NCBI GenBank assembly: GCA_051294375.1
Contig: CM119266.1
Coordinates: 1,679,554 to 1,743,553 of the forward strand
Origin: Paraspadella gotoi
Lineage: Eukaryota > Animalia > Chaetognatha
Direction of reading: 5' to 3'
Length of the DNA: 64,000 nt
Shown: piece after piece, positions 38,387-53,125 of the stretch
Layout of the letters: each line of letters begins with the position of its first letter
Numbering within the stretch: position 1 is the first letter of the stretch
Notes under the pieces: model-generated
Databases searched by the model: none
What the model was told of the DNA's origin: nothing
The model's input: the letters and a program-made list of their open reading frames with translations, nothing else
Made by a program: the position numbers and the translations under genes

Positions 38387-41184
38387 ATGATCTGCCGCGG
38401 CGTTCGCTTCGTCAACCGACGTCTCGTCCTCTCAGTCCTCGTCGTTTGGCTCCTCGTCCTCCTCTACGTCTCCACCTTTCTCTTTCACGCCGGAGACGTC
38501 GTTCCCGGCGACGGCGCCCACGGGGGCGCCTCTCCTTCCGGCGCCGGTCGCACGGAACCCGAAGTCGGCGCCTCCCTGCAGCGCCAACTCGACGAGGCGA
38601 TGCGCGAGCTGGACGCGGTCAAGCGGCAAAACCGCGAGCTGCAGCGGATGGCGCTGGAGATTCGCGAGGCCCGCCACGTGGTGGCACAGGAGATGCGCGT
38701 CGGCGGACCTAAGGAGGTGACGGCGCTTCGCGAGCGGCTGGAGAAGGCCTTGAAGGAGCTGGAGAAAACTTCCTTGTCCTCGACCTTCGGCGGAGGTCGC
38801 GCCGGCCCGCCCTCTACGACCCACGAACTCGCACGCTTCGCGGTCGAACGCGGCGTCCGAGAGGCGGCCAGATTTTTCGTGGGACAACTCAAGCTTTTGC
38901 GACGCAAAATGACTCCGCCGACGTCCCCACCGGGAACTGGACCGCAAGACGGCGGACCCGGCTCCAACCGTGACGCCGCTGCTCTAGAGCCGTCGAACGA
39001 CGACGAAGAAAGCATGGCGGAGGGACGGTTCCGCCGGCCGTCTCGGCATATCGCTGACCCGCCGTCTGCCGAAACGATTCTTCGCGAAGCGGGCGCGCGT
39101 GTGGACGCCCTCGTCGAAGGCGGCACGGAACATTTAAGAACGTTGATGGCCGACTTGGAGGAGTTCCGGGATCTGGACGGACTCGACGCTTGGAGACGCA
39201 GGGAGGTCGGGGAGCTGAGCGCGACGGTGCAGGCCCAGATCGAGCATTTACAGAACCCAAAACGGTGCTTACAGGCCAAGAAGCTCGTTTGTAATCTCAA
39301 TAAAGGTACGATATTGAAAGGGATTGTTTGAGTATAACCTTTTAAAGACAGACATTTTCGTATCGGTTATGTGGCATTTATCCTCCATAAATTATTGTAA
39401 GGTTGTGGCTACGGCTGCCAGTTACACCACGTTGTCTACTGCTTGGTTCTCGCTCTTTCCTCGAAACGAACCCTTGTGCTGGAGTCGACCGGTTGGCGCT
39501 ACCATCCCGACGGCGGTTGGGAGGCCGTCTTCCAGCCCATCTCCAAGACGTGCGTCATCACCAACGCTGCCATCGCCGCTCTGGAGAGGCGGAGGAACGA
39601 GACGGACGTGGGGCTGCGTGGAGGAGGAGAGGAAAAGAGGCGAGGTAAGATACTAATTCAATTTGAAACAAAAGTTAAATATAGTGATAACCGAATCAAT
39701 ATCGTTCCCGGGACTTTAGGATCTTTCGCCTCTCGTCCTCGCAAGAAACGACCCCGCGTCAACATTCCCTGGGGTGCGCCCTCTCTCCATCCGGACGCCT
39801 TGGAGGTAGAGATCCCTATAGTGGATTCTCTGAATCCTCGACCGCCTCAGTTGCCGCTCGCCGTCCCGGCCGACCTTCGTCACAGACTCGAGGCCGTACA
39901 CCGCAACCCGCCCGTTTGGTGGATAGGGCAATTACTCAAGTACCTCCTAAAACCCAAGCCCGCTCTGGCCAAGCTTCTGCAGGTTTGTGGGAATATAAAT
40001 CTTTATCTCATCTAAAAACCTTTTAACTACGTAAATCCTAAATTGCAAATTTAATTGCTAGTAAGTCTTGAAATCTAAATTGATAAATTGATAACTAATA
40101 TCTATAATGAAGTCCTCGATTCTTAAATCTTAATTCTAATTTTTAAATCTGAATCAACTAAGGAAACGGAATCTCGACTGGACGCCTCGCGCCCCGTGGT
40201 CGGGGTCCACGTCCGGCGCACCGATAAGGTCGGCACAGAGGCGGCCTTCCATCCTCTTTCCGAATACATGGCGCGAGTGGACGAGTGGTTCGACACCTAC
40301 GAGATCAAGCATCCTCGTCCGCCGGGTCGGAAGCGGACCGTCTTTCTCGCCACCGATGAACCGGCCGTGCTGGAGGAGGCCGTCAACTTGTGAGTCGATG
40401 TTAATGGTGAAAATAGTAATTTTTCCCTGTGGTTCTTATGATCTCTCTCTTTCTCTCACACACACACTCACAGATACTCGTCCAACTACGACTTCATCTC
40501 TGACAACAACATCTCTAAAAGCGCGGGCCTCTCCTCACGATATTCAGAGGCTTCACTTCAAGGAATCATTCTCGACATTCATTCCCTCGCTCACTCCGAC
40601 TTCATCGTCTGCACCTTTTCATCTCAGGTATCATTTGATTTATTCATTAATATTTATTTACGTTAAAACATTTGCTATTACCCTTATCCTCTCGCTCGGC
40701 AAGGTGTGCCGCGTCGCCTACGAGCTGATGCAGTCCCTTCACGCCGACGCGTCGGAGAGATTCGCTTCCCTCGACGACGTCTTCTACTTCGGCGGCCAAA
40801 ATCCTCACAACGTCCGCGCGGTCCGGTCGCACGTGCCACGGGGCGAGGACGAGATCCCGCTTGAGGTCTGGTGGCAATGAGAGGGCGAGAAATCGTTGGG
40901 ATTTAATGAAAGGCTTGTTCCCTGATTCAAATGTATTATGAAAACGTCTCGCTCTCAGTCACGAAACTTTTTTCAATGAAAGTTTCATTTCCAAATATCT
41001 TTTCCTTCGATAGGTGGGCGATTTGGTGGGCATCGCTGGAAACCATTGGGATGGATTCTCGAAAGGCGTGAACCGACGCCTCAACCGGAACGGCCTCTTC
41101 CCTTCCTTTAAAGTGGAGGATCATGTCGAGTGGGTCGCCTTTCCCACAATCGAGGAATTCAACAACTCGGCGCTCTCTCCTTAA
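38387..41184 (+). CDS. FUT8: Alpha-(1,6)-fucosyltransferase (multi-exon)
   Basis: N-terminal transmembrane anchor; [29 protein letters not shown]; [18 protein letters not shown]; [17 protein letters not shown]; C-terminal SH3 [10 protein letters not shown]. Confidence 0.95.
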
Positions 41185-41211
41185 AAAAAGACGGCGAAAC
41201 ACACACACACG

Positions 41212-41214
<3 letters not shown>

Positions 41215-41280
<66 letters not shown>
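41215..41280. repeat. (CT)n microsatellite
   Basis: Directly visible. Confidence 0.95.
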
Positions 41281-41284
<4 letters not shown>

Positions 41285-43034
41285 AGATCGAAAACGACAA
41301 TGAACCTCGCGCACCGACACTTTGACTTTGATCTTTTTCTCTTTACGTGGTTTTCGTCGTCGACGTCGGTTCATTCCCCCCCCCCAAAAAAAGCGACCTC
41401 CATCGTCCGTCCGACGAAAATGACCTTGACGCACCATGACCTTTCTCACCCTTCTCATCAAACTCCGCGACCTTACCGATCCACAGTTGTTGCCAGGACA
41501 TAAAAAACTCTCGCCCACTTTTTCCCAACTCGAGGGGATTTTTAAATCTCCTCTCCCGCCGCATACACCATCTCGTCAACGACTCCCATCATTCTCTCTT
41601 CGCTCCCGCATTTTCCTCGAGACTCTTTTCGATCGCGTTGCCAAAAATAATAATAGTCTTTCAGCCCTGACCCATTGCGCAACTCCGCAACGCCGCGCTG
41701 CACTGTGATCTTGGTCGAATTTTCCTTTTATTTGGGAGTTACCATGACAACCGAAGTTTATTTTTCTTCACCCTCACGCGTCATCTTTCGTTTCGAGCTT
41801 TTACAGTATTGTAGGCCGGTCAAAGGCAAACGACTTTTTTTTTTATTCGGGGAAAGTCGGGGAAATGATGGGTAAGAGTATGAACTTTTGAGATTTAGCC
41901 AAAGCTTGTGTTTTTTTTTTAGCTTGGATGTCTGTCTTTTGAGTAGATCAGAACTTGTTTTGTCAAGGTTTAGTTAAGTCAAGTTTTTTCTCACAAGCTT
42001 TATATTTCATTCATCGCGAGGTGAAAAGACATTGTCAAACAATGTTAATGACCTAATTCCATCTTGCCAGTTGGTAAAAACTTTTTACTAATAATTAGTT
42101 TGAACGTATTTAATTACTTTTTCATATATATTATATAATGTATTTTCGCTGTTTTGAAAAAATATTGCGAGGGTCGATTTTTATTTTACTGTTATTTGCG
42201 TTTTTCGGTTTTGTTTTTGTCCGAGTCACCGTCAATTCATAGTGTCCATTTTCGAGATACAAATGTGCCATTCTTTTACCTTTTTGGTTTATTTTTTGTT
42301 TGATTATCCTTTTATTGGGAAAACTTAACCTTGATTATCTTCTTTTTTTTCGACCGGCGACGATTTGTCCATGACATGACCCAGTGTACGGTCGCTGGTC
42401 GCGAGAATGAGTGCCATTTTAGCCACGGTTCCTTTCGGAGCCACATTATTAACCGTAGTTAGTTTTATTTTAAAATAACAGTACCACGAGAATTTTGGTT
42501 GGATTCTTTTTATTTACGAACAAAATAGATTTATTCTTTCGCTCTTCTCATGTGTCTCTTTAGATATACTAGTTCACTAATTTTGCGCGTTTTGTACCCG
42601 ATGGTAGCTTTTTTAGTTTTATTTATTAATCGTCGCTAATTGTGCATCTACTCAAAAAGTACTCATTTATTTTAATTTTTTTTACTCAGCCGGCGTTTCG
42701 ATATAAAAAAATGCGATTGGTCTGATTTCTCATTCGCTATTGTTCCATCTCTTTTCGTAGCGTATCAAGCTTTTATTTTTAATTATTTTTTGTTTCTTCC
42801 CTCTCCTAACGTTAAGAAAAACGTTTTATTTCACTACCCTCTCTTTTCTCTCGTAATATCATGTGTCCGAGTAAAAATTCAAAATGAATATTACATTCGA
42901 CTTTTGTTACCAGTTATACATTTACATTTTACAAACGCCGATGTGGGAAACGAAACTTTGATACTTGGCGGGGATCGCCCTTCGCGTCCATTTCGTCTAA
43001 ATATTTATTTCCCGCCACCTTTTCCTCGTCCGCG

Positions 43035-45383
43035 ATGGAGGAAACTCGAAGGGACGTCAAACCGACTCCGATTCCCCGCCAACGCCAAACTCCCGCCGAC
43101 GCCGCCTCCTCCCGCGGCGGCGGCAGCGGCGGCAGCAGCAGCACCTCTGGTGCAGAGACACGAGACGGCGACGGCGCCAAGTTGTCGAAGGCGGCGACGA
43201 CGACGACGCGAGTCTTGAAACTGAAGGAACACGTGGGATTCGACTCGCTGCCCGATCAGTTGGTCAACAAAGCCACCGCTGAGGGATTCGCCTTTAACTT
43301 ACTCTGCGTCGGAGAGACGGGTAAGTTCGAAAGAGGTCCTCCGTCTTCTCTATTTTTCAACTTCTCATTGTCCTTACCTTTCTTTCCCTTCCCTCCTAAC
43401 ATCAAGGAATCGGAAAGAGCAGCCTCGTCGACGCCCTCTTCAACGCGCGTTTCAACGACGAGCCCTCTTCCCATGACGAACCAGAAGTGGGCGTGGCCTG
43501 CAAGACTTTCAATCTCCGCGAATCCAACGTCAATTTGAGTTTGACCGTAAGCTCGAGCGTGGGTTTCGGGGATCAACTCAATAAGGAGTCGAGCGTCGAT
43601 CCCATCCTCCGGTTTATCGACGGCAAGTTCGAGGATTACTTGCAGGTACAAGAAAGAGAGAGACGGACAGACAGACAGACGGATATTTTGTTTTAAATAC
43701 TTTCAAAAATTTTGATTGCACTATCATGGTCACCCCGTGCTATTCCCCAGGAGGAATTAATGATCAAGCGTTCTTCCCGGGTTCCCGATGGCCGCGTCCA
43801 TGCTTGCCTATACATGCTGACGCCGACGGGCCACTCTCTCCGCAGCGTCGATCTCGTGGCAATGCGGCGTCTACAGCACAAGGTCAACCTCATTCCCGTC
43901 GTCGGGAAGAGCGACGTCCTCACCAAGCCCGAACTCGAGAGGTTCAAGCGAAACGTCCTCAAGGAGATCGAGAGGAGCGACATCAAGATTTATCAGTTTC
44001 CCACAGGTCTGAGATTCGAGGTTTTTCCGTGTCAAAATAACAAAAGAGCATCCGAATTTAATCCGTATTGAACTTTAGGTTATGAGAACGCTTTTTAAGA
44101 TAATCACTTGACCTCACAAGTATAATACATATGAACTACATTAATTAAGTTATGAGCATTTTTAAGGTAAGTGGGATACTGGCATACCGACCGACCAAAA
44201 GTGATTTATTGAGTTTCTCCGCGAGTACGAGAGGCGCAAATAAAAAGAAAAGGGTGAAAAAAAAAAACGAAACGAAAATCCTACAAAATCTATTCAATTT
44301 TCCAGACGATCCCGAAGTTTCTTCGGCCAACATCCGCGCCAACGCGGACGTCCCCTTTGCCGTTGTCGGTTGCGACGAGGTGACGGTCGTCAACCAACGC
44401 CGTGTCCGTGCGCGACAGTACCCCTGGGGCGTCGTCGAATTGGAGAACGAGGCCCACTCGGATTTCGTCAAGCTCCGAGAGGCCTTGTTGAGGACCAACT
44501 TAGAGGATCTCAGGGAGTCGACACACGAGAATCACTACGAGCGATACAGGTGAGGTTAATTTTATGTGATCGAGTTTTTTTAATCTCATTTGCATAATGT
44601 TGTACATGGAATCACTTTGTCTACATTTGATGTTTGTGGAATTAGGATGGTACTTCTTAAGCTCAATTTATTTTAATTGTTTTGCCTTTAGCCAAGTCCC
44701 ATTAGTATTTTTGATAATGTCAAAAATCTCTCTTACTTCCTAGACGAGAACGCCTCCAAGAGATGGGCTTCGTCGACGGAGCCAACTCCAGCGTGAGCGA
44801 GATGTTGGAGAAGCGGCGCTCCTTACACCTTGAGCAGTTGCAGCGAAGGGAGGACGATATGAGGGCCATGTTCGTGCAGAGGTCGGAAGTCGCTGAAGCA
44901 TTTTTCGTACTATTTATAGTAGTCTTAGCTCATCAGTTATGACATTGATTCTACTATTTTTTTAACAGGGTCAAAGCGAAAGAATCGGAGCTGAAGGAGG
45001 CGGAAAAGGAGCTTCACGCCAAGTTTGACCAGTTGAAGAGAAGTCACGCCGAGGAGAAGAAAATGCTAGAGGAGAAAAGGAGAATGTTCGAGGACGAGGT
45101 TTTCTATTCGGAGGATAATTTTGACACGTTTCAAGATTACCAACCTTTTCTAATTTTTTTTACCCAGTACCAAGCATTCCAACAACGCCGCGACGTCGAA
45201 CGCGCCTCCGCTCTCCTTCGTAGCCAGCAAGGGGGCATGGCCTCGACGCTGGAGCCTCACGCGGCGTCGCATCCGGTCCACGCGTCGTCGTCGTCACTCT
45301 CCGTCGGAAAATCCTTCTCGTCGACGTTGAAGCGATTCACTTCGGCCAAAAGCGTCGATAAGTCGTCGCCGGAATTGCGATGA
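43035..45383 (+). CDS. Septin of the SEPT6/8/10/11 group (multi-exon)
   Basis: [76 protein letters not shown] coiled coil. Confidence 0.93.
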
Positions 45384-46110
45384 TAAATGGATGCTGCGCG
45401 GAAGATACGATCTGGAACTTGATTTTCTTCCCGCCCCCGCCCCAGTCCCCCACTCTTGACATTTCAATCATTTCCCTTTCGCCCACTCTTTAGTTTTTCA
45501 AACACCTTTGTAGCCTATCAAGCGCTTAATCTCTGCCAAAAAAAAAGTATTGTTAAACTCGGGCTTCGACTAAAATCGAGAGGTGATCAATGATCTGCAT
45601 AAGTTTAGCTAAACGAAGATGATGAATGATGAAGACCTGCAACGTCGAAACCTGGGTTTTGCCTTACCTTTTTGTTCCCTAGATTTATCTTTTAACTTCA
45701 TTTGGCCGTATTGTTGCCTCGTTAATAATGATTAGTAATAAAACTTGACTCATCGCTTTAAAGGCGGATCTGTTTTCTTCCTCAGTCGAATCTGTGTGTC
45801 GCGGTTTTTGGCCGAATGGGTTTGTCGCTTATTCCTCGTTTATAGAATAAACCCCATTCACGTAAAGTCGTAACGGTTAACTCATTCTCGGACGATGAAT
45901 CTTCTTTATATATAATTTTCATTTTACAATATTTTTCTATTACCGGACGACGCAATTCGAATAAAAATACTTTTCGAATATACATTGACCGATTTACAAT
46001 TTACACAAGGTAGCTGCAATATACCGAAGTAGTTTTTTAAGAATATTCTGTTTTATTTACAAGTAAGATTACTACTGATGTACTTGTACCGTGTCGACAA
46101 AAGCAAAAGC

Positions 46111-46112
<2 letters not shown>

Positions 46113-46151
<39 letters not shown>
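46113..46151. repeat. (CT)n microsatellite
   Basis: Directly visible. Confidence 0.9.
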
Positions 46152-46155
<4 letters not shown>

Positions 46156-46672
46156 CACACGATTCGTTAGTGTTGTATTTTTTCAGTGACTCGTGACTCT
46201 GATCTCTAAATCCAGCCAAGAATTTCCGCTTCGGCTCCAGAGGGTCTTTGGTTCGTGTTTCCGATTACCACGTGATATTTTTACACCGCTGTGTGGATTT
46301 ACCGAGTGAATGCTGTCTGTAGCAGAATTAAGCTATGAGTAAAAGAGCATCTCAGTTATCGATTATTTTTCTGGACATTCACTCGGTAAAAGCCCTGTAC
46401 GTCTAGGATAGTGCATGTTTACCCTTATTTATTAACCGTTTAATAAAAATCGCGTTTATAATTACAAAAAAAACCAAAATGAATGGAACCAAAAAGACAA
46501 ATTTTAGCGGTTAAAAATTAAAGAAAAAAAATTTTTGTCGCCCCCTATCTACATCCAAAACCGCGTAATCTCATAATTGATTTTTGTTCGAGTTGTTTAT
46601 TTTTCTTGTTTTTTAATAACTAAAAAAATAAAGGAGCTGGCGAAGGAATAATAAAAAGAACTGCGGCGGCGC

Positions 46673-46704
<32 letters not shown>

Positions 46705-46840
46705 AGTTTTAACTGAATCGTCCATCTTTGTCCGTTTCTGTTTATAATCAAACAAAACCTACCGAATATCGCTCAAACCCCGCCGACGCCCCTTCGCCCC
46801 ACCCGTCCCCGCCGATCCCCAATGCCTCGTCGACGCCGCC

Positions 46841-49800
46841 ATGTCTTCCCTGCCGGCGCCGCCAAGCGTCCCGCCCACCGTCACCTACGTGCGAATGGAC
46901 GAGGACGGCAACCCCGTTCCGGTTGACGAGGGAATCTGCTTCAGCGTTCCGGTGCACACGGGGAAGCCTGTCAAGTACGGGCCGATCCAAGTTGAGGGGG
47001 AAGAGGAGCATAGAGGGGAGAAGGTAATTCAAATTGAATGTCGAAAGCTGATGAATGAATGATTGGATAAATCTATCAATGAATGTCAACGAAACTATCA
47101 ATCGATGAAAATGTCATTGAATATTTCAATTAATATATATGTCAATGATTATATCAATCAATCACTGAAAAACTGATTAGCTAATTCTACCATCGGTTTA
47201 TAGGGGAGATGAGTAGGTTACTCATTAGGTTGGAGTGATGAAAAGATTGAACTATTACACATTATTTTTTGGCTGCCTATGGATATATAATTAATAAATT
47301 TTAAATCCTTTTAAAAATTTTTTTAGCATAACAGTATAGTAAATTCAATTATTTGTGTAGTAATATCCTTATAAAATCGTTAAATTTTAAAATAATTTGT
47401 TTTTAATTTTTAAGAACAGATTTGGATTCGCCGTAAAAAACTAAAAAACTTTTATAAAATATTTTATATAATATTTTGTTTGGATCATAAAAAATGATTA
47501 AAACGTTTTAACATAAATAAGTTTTTATTACAGAGAATAAAAAAGTCATAAATTTTTACCTTTTTTCCCCCGTTTTAAATGCTGAAGATGACAGAGTTTT
47601 TGATAACATGTTTTATATTCTTGATTCAACTTTTTATGAAGAATCTGAATCTTTATTAAAAGTTTAAAAAAATTATTTTTAAAATTTATTTTATAAGAAT
47701 ATTATTACAAATATAATATATTTTATTATTTTGTTCCCGAGACAGTATGAACAAAATATTTTTTGTAATAATTAATCATACAATCTCCTTATTCGATCAT
47801 TCAAATAATTTTTTTGTTCTTGAGTGCTCCACTCTATTACTCATACAAGTTCCTCATAAGGAATTGCTACAACTAATGTAAAATTATCTACAATTCATTT
47901 AATGAATAAGCTGTGCTGCTATCTTGCCCCCAAATTCGGACAGGCCATGTGACTCAACTTTCAGTGAAATTGAGAAAAGAAAATAAATCAACTAAAACAA
48001 AATTTTTTTTAGTCGTCTTGAAAAAACTCCACCTTTTCCCATCGAAGGTTCGAATCGGTTTCCTGGTCTCTGCCGAGGAAGAAAACGATCTTCCCGAGAC
48101 AGATTGCGACTCTTTTCCTTCCGCTCCACATCCACCCGTTCCCCTCCAACCCACAGAACCCCCTTCCCCGCTCCATTACCCGCCCTCCACCCGCTCCCTC
48201 TCCTTCGACGCCGTCAAAACGACGCTCCTCCCCGTCGACGGCGCTGGTCGACGCGTCGCTGACATTTCCGAGATGTCGCGCGACGCCGAATTACGCTACG
48301 TCTCCCTCGATGACTCCGGCAACGCCCTGGCGGTGACTCTTGGCGGCGCGCCGGAGACCCTCGGCCCCGAGGAACTCGACTACGGCCTCTCGGCGCCGGA
48401 CGCCGCTTCGACGCCGCTCCGTCCGCCCAGCGATGATCACTTGGAGCTCTACTCTCATACCGGCGCCTTCGACGGCGTCTTCGAGAACGGACTTGGCGGA
48501 AAGGCGCCGGCGGGAAGAGGATTCCGCGACGCCAACGGCTCCTTCTCCTCTGCCGCCGCCCCTCATCCGAATCTCCTCGACCTTCGAAACACCTTCGCGC
48601 CTTCGACGCCGCCGAGTCGCCCGACTCCGCCGCCCGTCGCTCCGAAACCGCAGCGACCCTCCTCCGCTCGTGCCCTCTCGCCGCCACCACCGGTGGCGCC
48701 GAAACCGCAGCGACCGAATTCGGCTCAATCGCCTTCCCGCCGAGCCGTAACTCAGCCCGTCCAACGACCCGTCCACCCACCCGGCGTACGCTACGTCCCA
48801 ACGCCTTCTCCCACCAAACCTTACGATGACGACGATGATTGCGACGCCGCGACGCCATTTTTGCGTCGCGACGAAGCGCCGCATCCGCTCGGCGACGCAC
48901 CTTTGGCCCTGGCCGAGAGTTTCGCCGATATGGATTTGGACTCGTCGCGCGGAACGCCAGTTCATCGACTTGACGAGAGAGCGTCGTCGTCAGAAGCGGT
49001 GCCGGATAGAAGAACGCCGGAGAGACGAGCGCCGGATCGTCGTCCCAACGGCGTTGCGCCGCCTCCCCCGCCGCCGCGTCTCACGTCGCCCGTCTCGCTC
49101 GCCACGTCGTCGCTGACGTCGCCGGCGACACCCTCCGACGCCTCCAGCTCCTTCGTCGGCGCCGGGAATCTCCACTCGCCCGACACCCAAGCGCCGGAGG
49201 ATCCCAGCGTCGCCTCGTTCGAGTCTTCCCCGGGGGAACAACCCGTTAACGGAGTCGTCACCGCCGGAGAGAGGAGATGCGCCGACCGCGACAATAACGA
49301 TGCATATCGAGATCCGACTTTGGAGGAGGTCGTCGAGTATTTGCGGTCGGGAGACGATAGGTATGTAACTGGTTAAAAATACTGATAAGCGCCCCTTATT
49401 TTCATTTGATGCTAATCGCTAAAAACAACATATTATGATTCATTCCAAATATTCCATTTTATCTCAAAGAATCAAAGCCAACGCAGGCGCCTACCTTCAA
49501 CACCTCATGTATAAAAACGAGGACATGAAGAACGATTGTCGAGAATCAGGCGGGGTCGCCCCACTCCTCCAATGCCTTCGCTCCGCCGATCCGCTCGTCC
49601 GTAAGAACGCCAGTAAGGCGCTAAAGAATCTAACGCACAAAGACCGCAACAACGCCGCCGCCAGCGACGCCAACAAGGTCGCCGTCTTTCAGGTGAGATG
49701 GCTCATTTTGATTTATCATGTGAATTTGCATGTCCGCTGGAATCTAAACTAATTTTTTATGCAGGCCGGCGGCGTCCCGATCCTGGCTGGCCGTCTAAAA

Positions 49801-51849
49801 ACCGCTGCCGACCCCCAAGAGCGTGGTCTCGTCGCCGCCGTGCTGTGGAATCTCTCTGCCTGCGAGGAAATAAAGCCGCACCTCCTCGAAGATCCCCAGG
49901 TGCTCGTCAACGTCGTCGACGGAATACTGCTCCCTCGCGCCCGCTTCAACCGCGAACTGGCCTTCAACGCCACCCCCGTCCGCGGACTATCCTACCCGGA
50001 GGATCTGAAGAACTCAACCGGCATCTTACGGAACCTCTCGTCCGCGGGAGGGCGAGACCCGGATGTCAGGACCAAGTTAAGGATGTGGCCAGGACTCGTG
50101 GATTCTGTCGTCAGGTGAATGCGAGGATACGAGAATGCGATGAATAATTTGATTAAATGGACTTGATTTTTATGAATGGATGGATGAATCAATATCGAAG
50201 TAAAACTAACTGAATATTGAAATGGTTGACTAGCTGTAAGGATGAAATGATCAAATGAATATTCAACAGAGTCCTCGCTTCCGCCGTCGAGGACTCCCGC
50301 GACTCGGATTCGGACAACCTCAACTTTTCTCCGATCAACAACAAAGTTGTGGAGAATTGCGCCTGCACTCTGCGCAACCTGTCCTACCGGGTGCAGGAGG
50401 CACGCGACGGTCCCGACTACGACGAAGATCGAGACGGCGCCGAGGCGAGGAACAATGCGTCGACAACGTCGACGAGCTCGAGGAAAGACTTGGACGCTGG
50501 CGGGAAGGAGAAAAAGAAACGATCAAAGGACGTGGTGAGCGATCGATTGAATAAAAAAGCGAAGCGGTCAACTAGTCAGTGTCAATCAGAATTAATCATC
50601 TTTACCACCTTCCCTTTTCCATATCGCTTTTCAGACGTATTCCACATCGAAACCTGAGCCCGTCGGCGCCGAGCTCCTCTGGCACCAGGACACAGTTCAA
50701 CTCTACGTGACGGTTTTGGAGACATGCGTCAACGCGACGACGTTGGCGGCTGCAGGCGGCGCCATCCAGAACCTGTGCGCCTGCGCGTGGCGCCCCAGCG
50801 CGGAGGTCAGGTCGCTCGTGCGAAGGAAGATGGGTCTCCCGATGATCGTCGACCTTCTTCAACTGCAGGTATTATTGGTTTCACATTTATAATATGCAAA
50901 TGAGATTGAGAAACCAACTTTTATTCTGTTTGGAGAAAAAGTTCGTGGAGAGCGATTGAGATATGGTTTAGCGGTCTTGTATAGAAATAATAGATGTATT
51001 GAATTCCATCTTTGAATCTGATTCCTGCTCTTATAAGTCAGTTATCTTTGTCTCTGTTCCCCAGGATGAGCGAGCCGTCTGCGCGATGGCTTGGGCGCTG
51101 CGCAACCTCATCATCCAGGACGACACCAACAGGCGTCTCGTCGGCAAATACGGTGTCGCCAACCTCGCCGCTCTCATTCCCGACTCGGCCTCTTCCGTTT
51201 CCCGCCGATCCGCCGCCTCCGCCGAAGACCGACGCCATCTCGAAGACACCGTCTACGCCGCCCTAGCAACGCTCGCCGACGTCCTCTACAAGAACGCCCA
51301 CGCCGCCCAACACTTTGTGGAGAAGGGAGGCGTGGAGAAGACGGTGGGTGTGGAGTCGACTTGGTTGGAGGAATGTGGGTGTTAACTGTTAGTAATATGA
51401 GAAAATTTATAGTCAATTATAATTTATAAGCAGAAGTCGTCGAGATTAATAATAAAAAAATAATTAGAAATAATTCAAAATTATTAAATGAATATATTTA
51501 TAACAAAGGTTTACGCCTTCAGGTGGCGCTGACTCGTTCTCGCGGCGAATACACGGAGCGCACCCTCAAAATGGCCGCCCTCGTCCTCCGCCGCTCCTGG
51601 CAAATCAAATCCCTCCAAAGAGTCTACCGCAAACGCGGCTTCGTCCAGGAGGACTTCCACGTCACCAAATTGGAGGTGGCGCGCTCGGCCGAGGACGACG
51701 CCTTTGCCCGGCGGAACGACACCCTCTTTCGGCAGAATCGGCCCGCCGAGAGCGACGAGGTCACCCTCATGAGAGGGAGGAGGAAGAGGAGGACAAGGGA
51801 GGAAGAGGACGAGGACGACGAGTCGAAGAGGGAAGAGACTCCCGTTTGA
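46841..51849 (+). CDS. p120/delta-catenin/ARVCF-family armadillo-repeat protein (multi-exon)
   Basis: YRDPTLEEVVEYL, ANAGAYLQHL, VLWNLSA, NSTGILRNLSSAG, VENCACTLRNLSY, AAAGGAIQNLCAC, ALRNL; Pro-rich N-terminus. Start exon less certain. Confidence 0.88.
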
Positions 51850-52390
51850 AGAATTGTCTTCGCCTTAAATAAATACTAAAAACAAAAGACCCTTTTGGAT
51901 TCGATCGTTGACGTTCGTCTACGATGGACCTTCCACGAATTTCTTCCATTTCCAAATCACCATCTCGCTCCTTCTCTTACTTATGTCTCTCTGTCTCTGT
52001 ACTATTTTTGACGCGAAAATAAAAAAAAAAAACCTTAAAAACTTCGCAGCTTCAGTTGCCTTCTTTGAAACCGTTTTACGATGGTGAAAACACGGTTTAA
52101 CAAGACCGACTATTTTGATTCAATATAGTAGGAAATCGTCAGAAGCGGAATCGACACTAATTTCATTTTTGTAACGCATAATAATAAAGGTAACATTGTT
52201 ATTGTCGCTTTTGTTTTATCGAGGTTCCATCGTTTCCTTAATTTTTCCGCATTGATATCAACTTTCATTTTGAATCGAAAACGGTTAAGAATTTCTTTCT
52301 CGACCCGACATTTTTTTTTTTAGCAAGAGACGAATAACCAACGACTGAGCGGTTCTTCATTTGTGGGCGACACTTTTTAAAATGGTATTA

Positions 52391-53125
52391 CAGAAGGCTT
52401 CATATTATAAAATGTGGTACCCCTTTTTGTGACCAGAACTCGTTCCGAGAAAACTACTGAATAGAATTTAATGAAATTTTGCATGCGGAGTACCAGTAGT
52501 GATACAAATGGACTATCGAGGCTAATTTTACATTCCACCCCTAAGCTGAGATAAGGGGCCCTGAGGGGGCAGCCCCTGAGGGCCACAAATGGTCAAAATT
52601 TTTTTCAATTTTTTTTTTTATTTTTGTTTTAAACAGTTGCACAGAACGTTTACTCTCCACAAAAACGTATTTATTACCTCAAAAATATTCATTTACCTTA
52701 ATTTTTAGCTTCATTGAACATCAGCAGTTAAAGTCAGATTTGGAATAATTTGGAAAATGGGAAGTAAAACGATGAACCATGCATCTTCAACCATGCTTAA
52801 TTATTGCATTTATCAATTTTAGTTCTAAAATGTTTTTTCTTATGTTTAAAACGTCAATGCACCTGATGCTACTAAAAAAATGTGAAAAATAAAAAAAAAT
52901 TTTTTAGCATTTTTTGGCCCCTTAGGGGTCCACCCCAGGGCCCTGTATCTCTTGTCAGGGTTGAATATCAAAATTCGCCTCGATAGTTCCATTTATATAG
53001 TCATTAGCACTCTGAATGTAAAATTTTATTAAATTCGATTGAGTAGTTTTGGTTGGAACAGATTCTGGTCACAAAAAGGGGTATATACCGCCACAGTACT
53101 ACATTTTATAATATGAAGCCTTCTG
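52391..53125. mobile_element. MITE with 25-bp TIRs
   Basis: CAGAAGGCTTCATATTATAAAATGT ... ACATTTTATAATATGAAGCCTTCTG, plus subterminal inverted TACCCCTTTTTGTGACCAGAA; preceded by TA. Confidence 0.85.

Noticed and set aside
41123-41518. ORFs with (SL)n or (RE)n runs (also 62433-63094)
   Set aside because: They are translations of (CT)n microsatellites.
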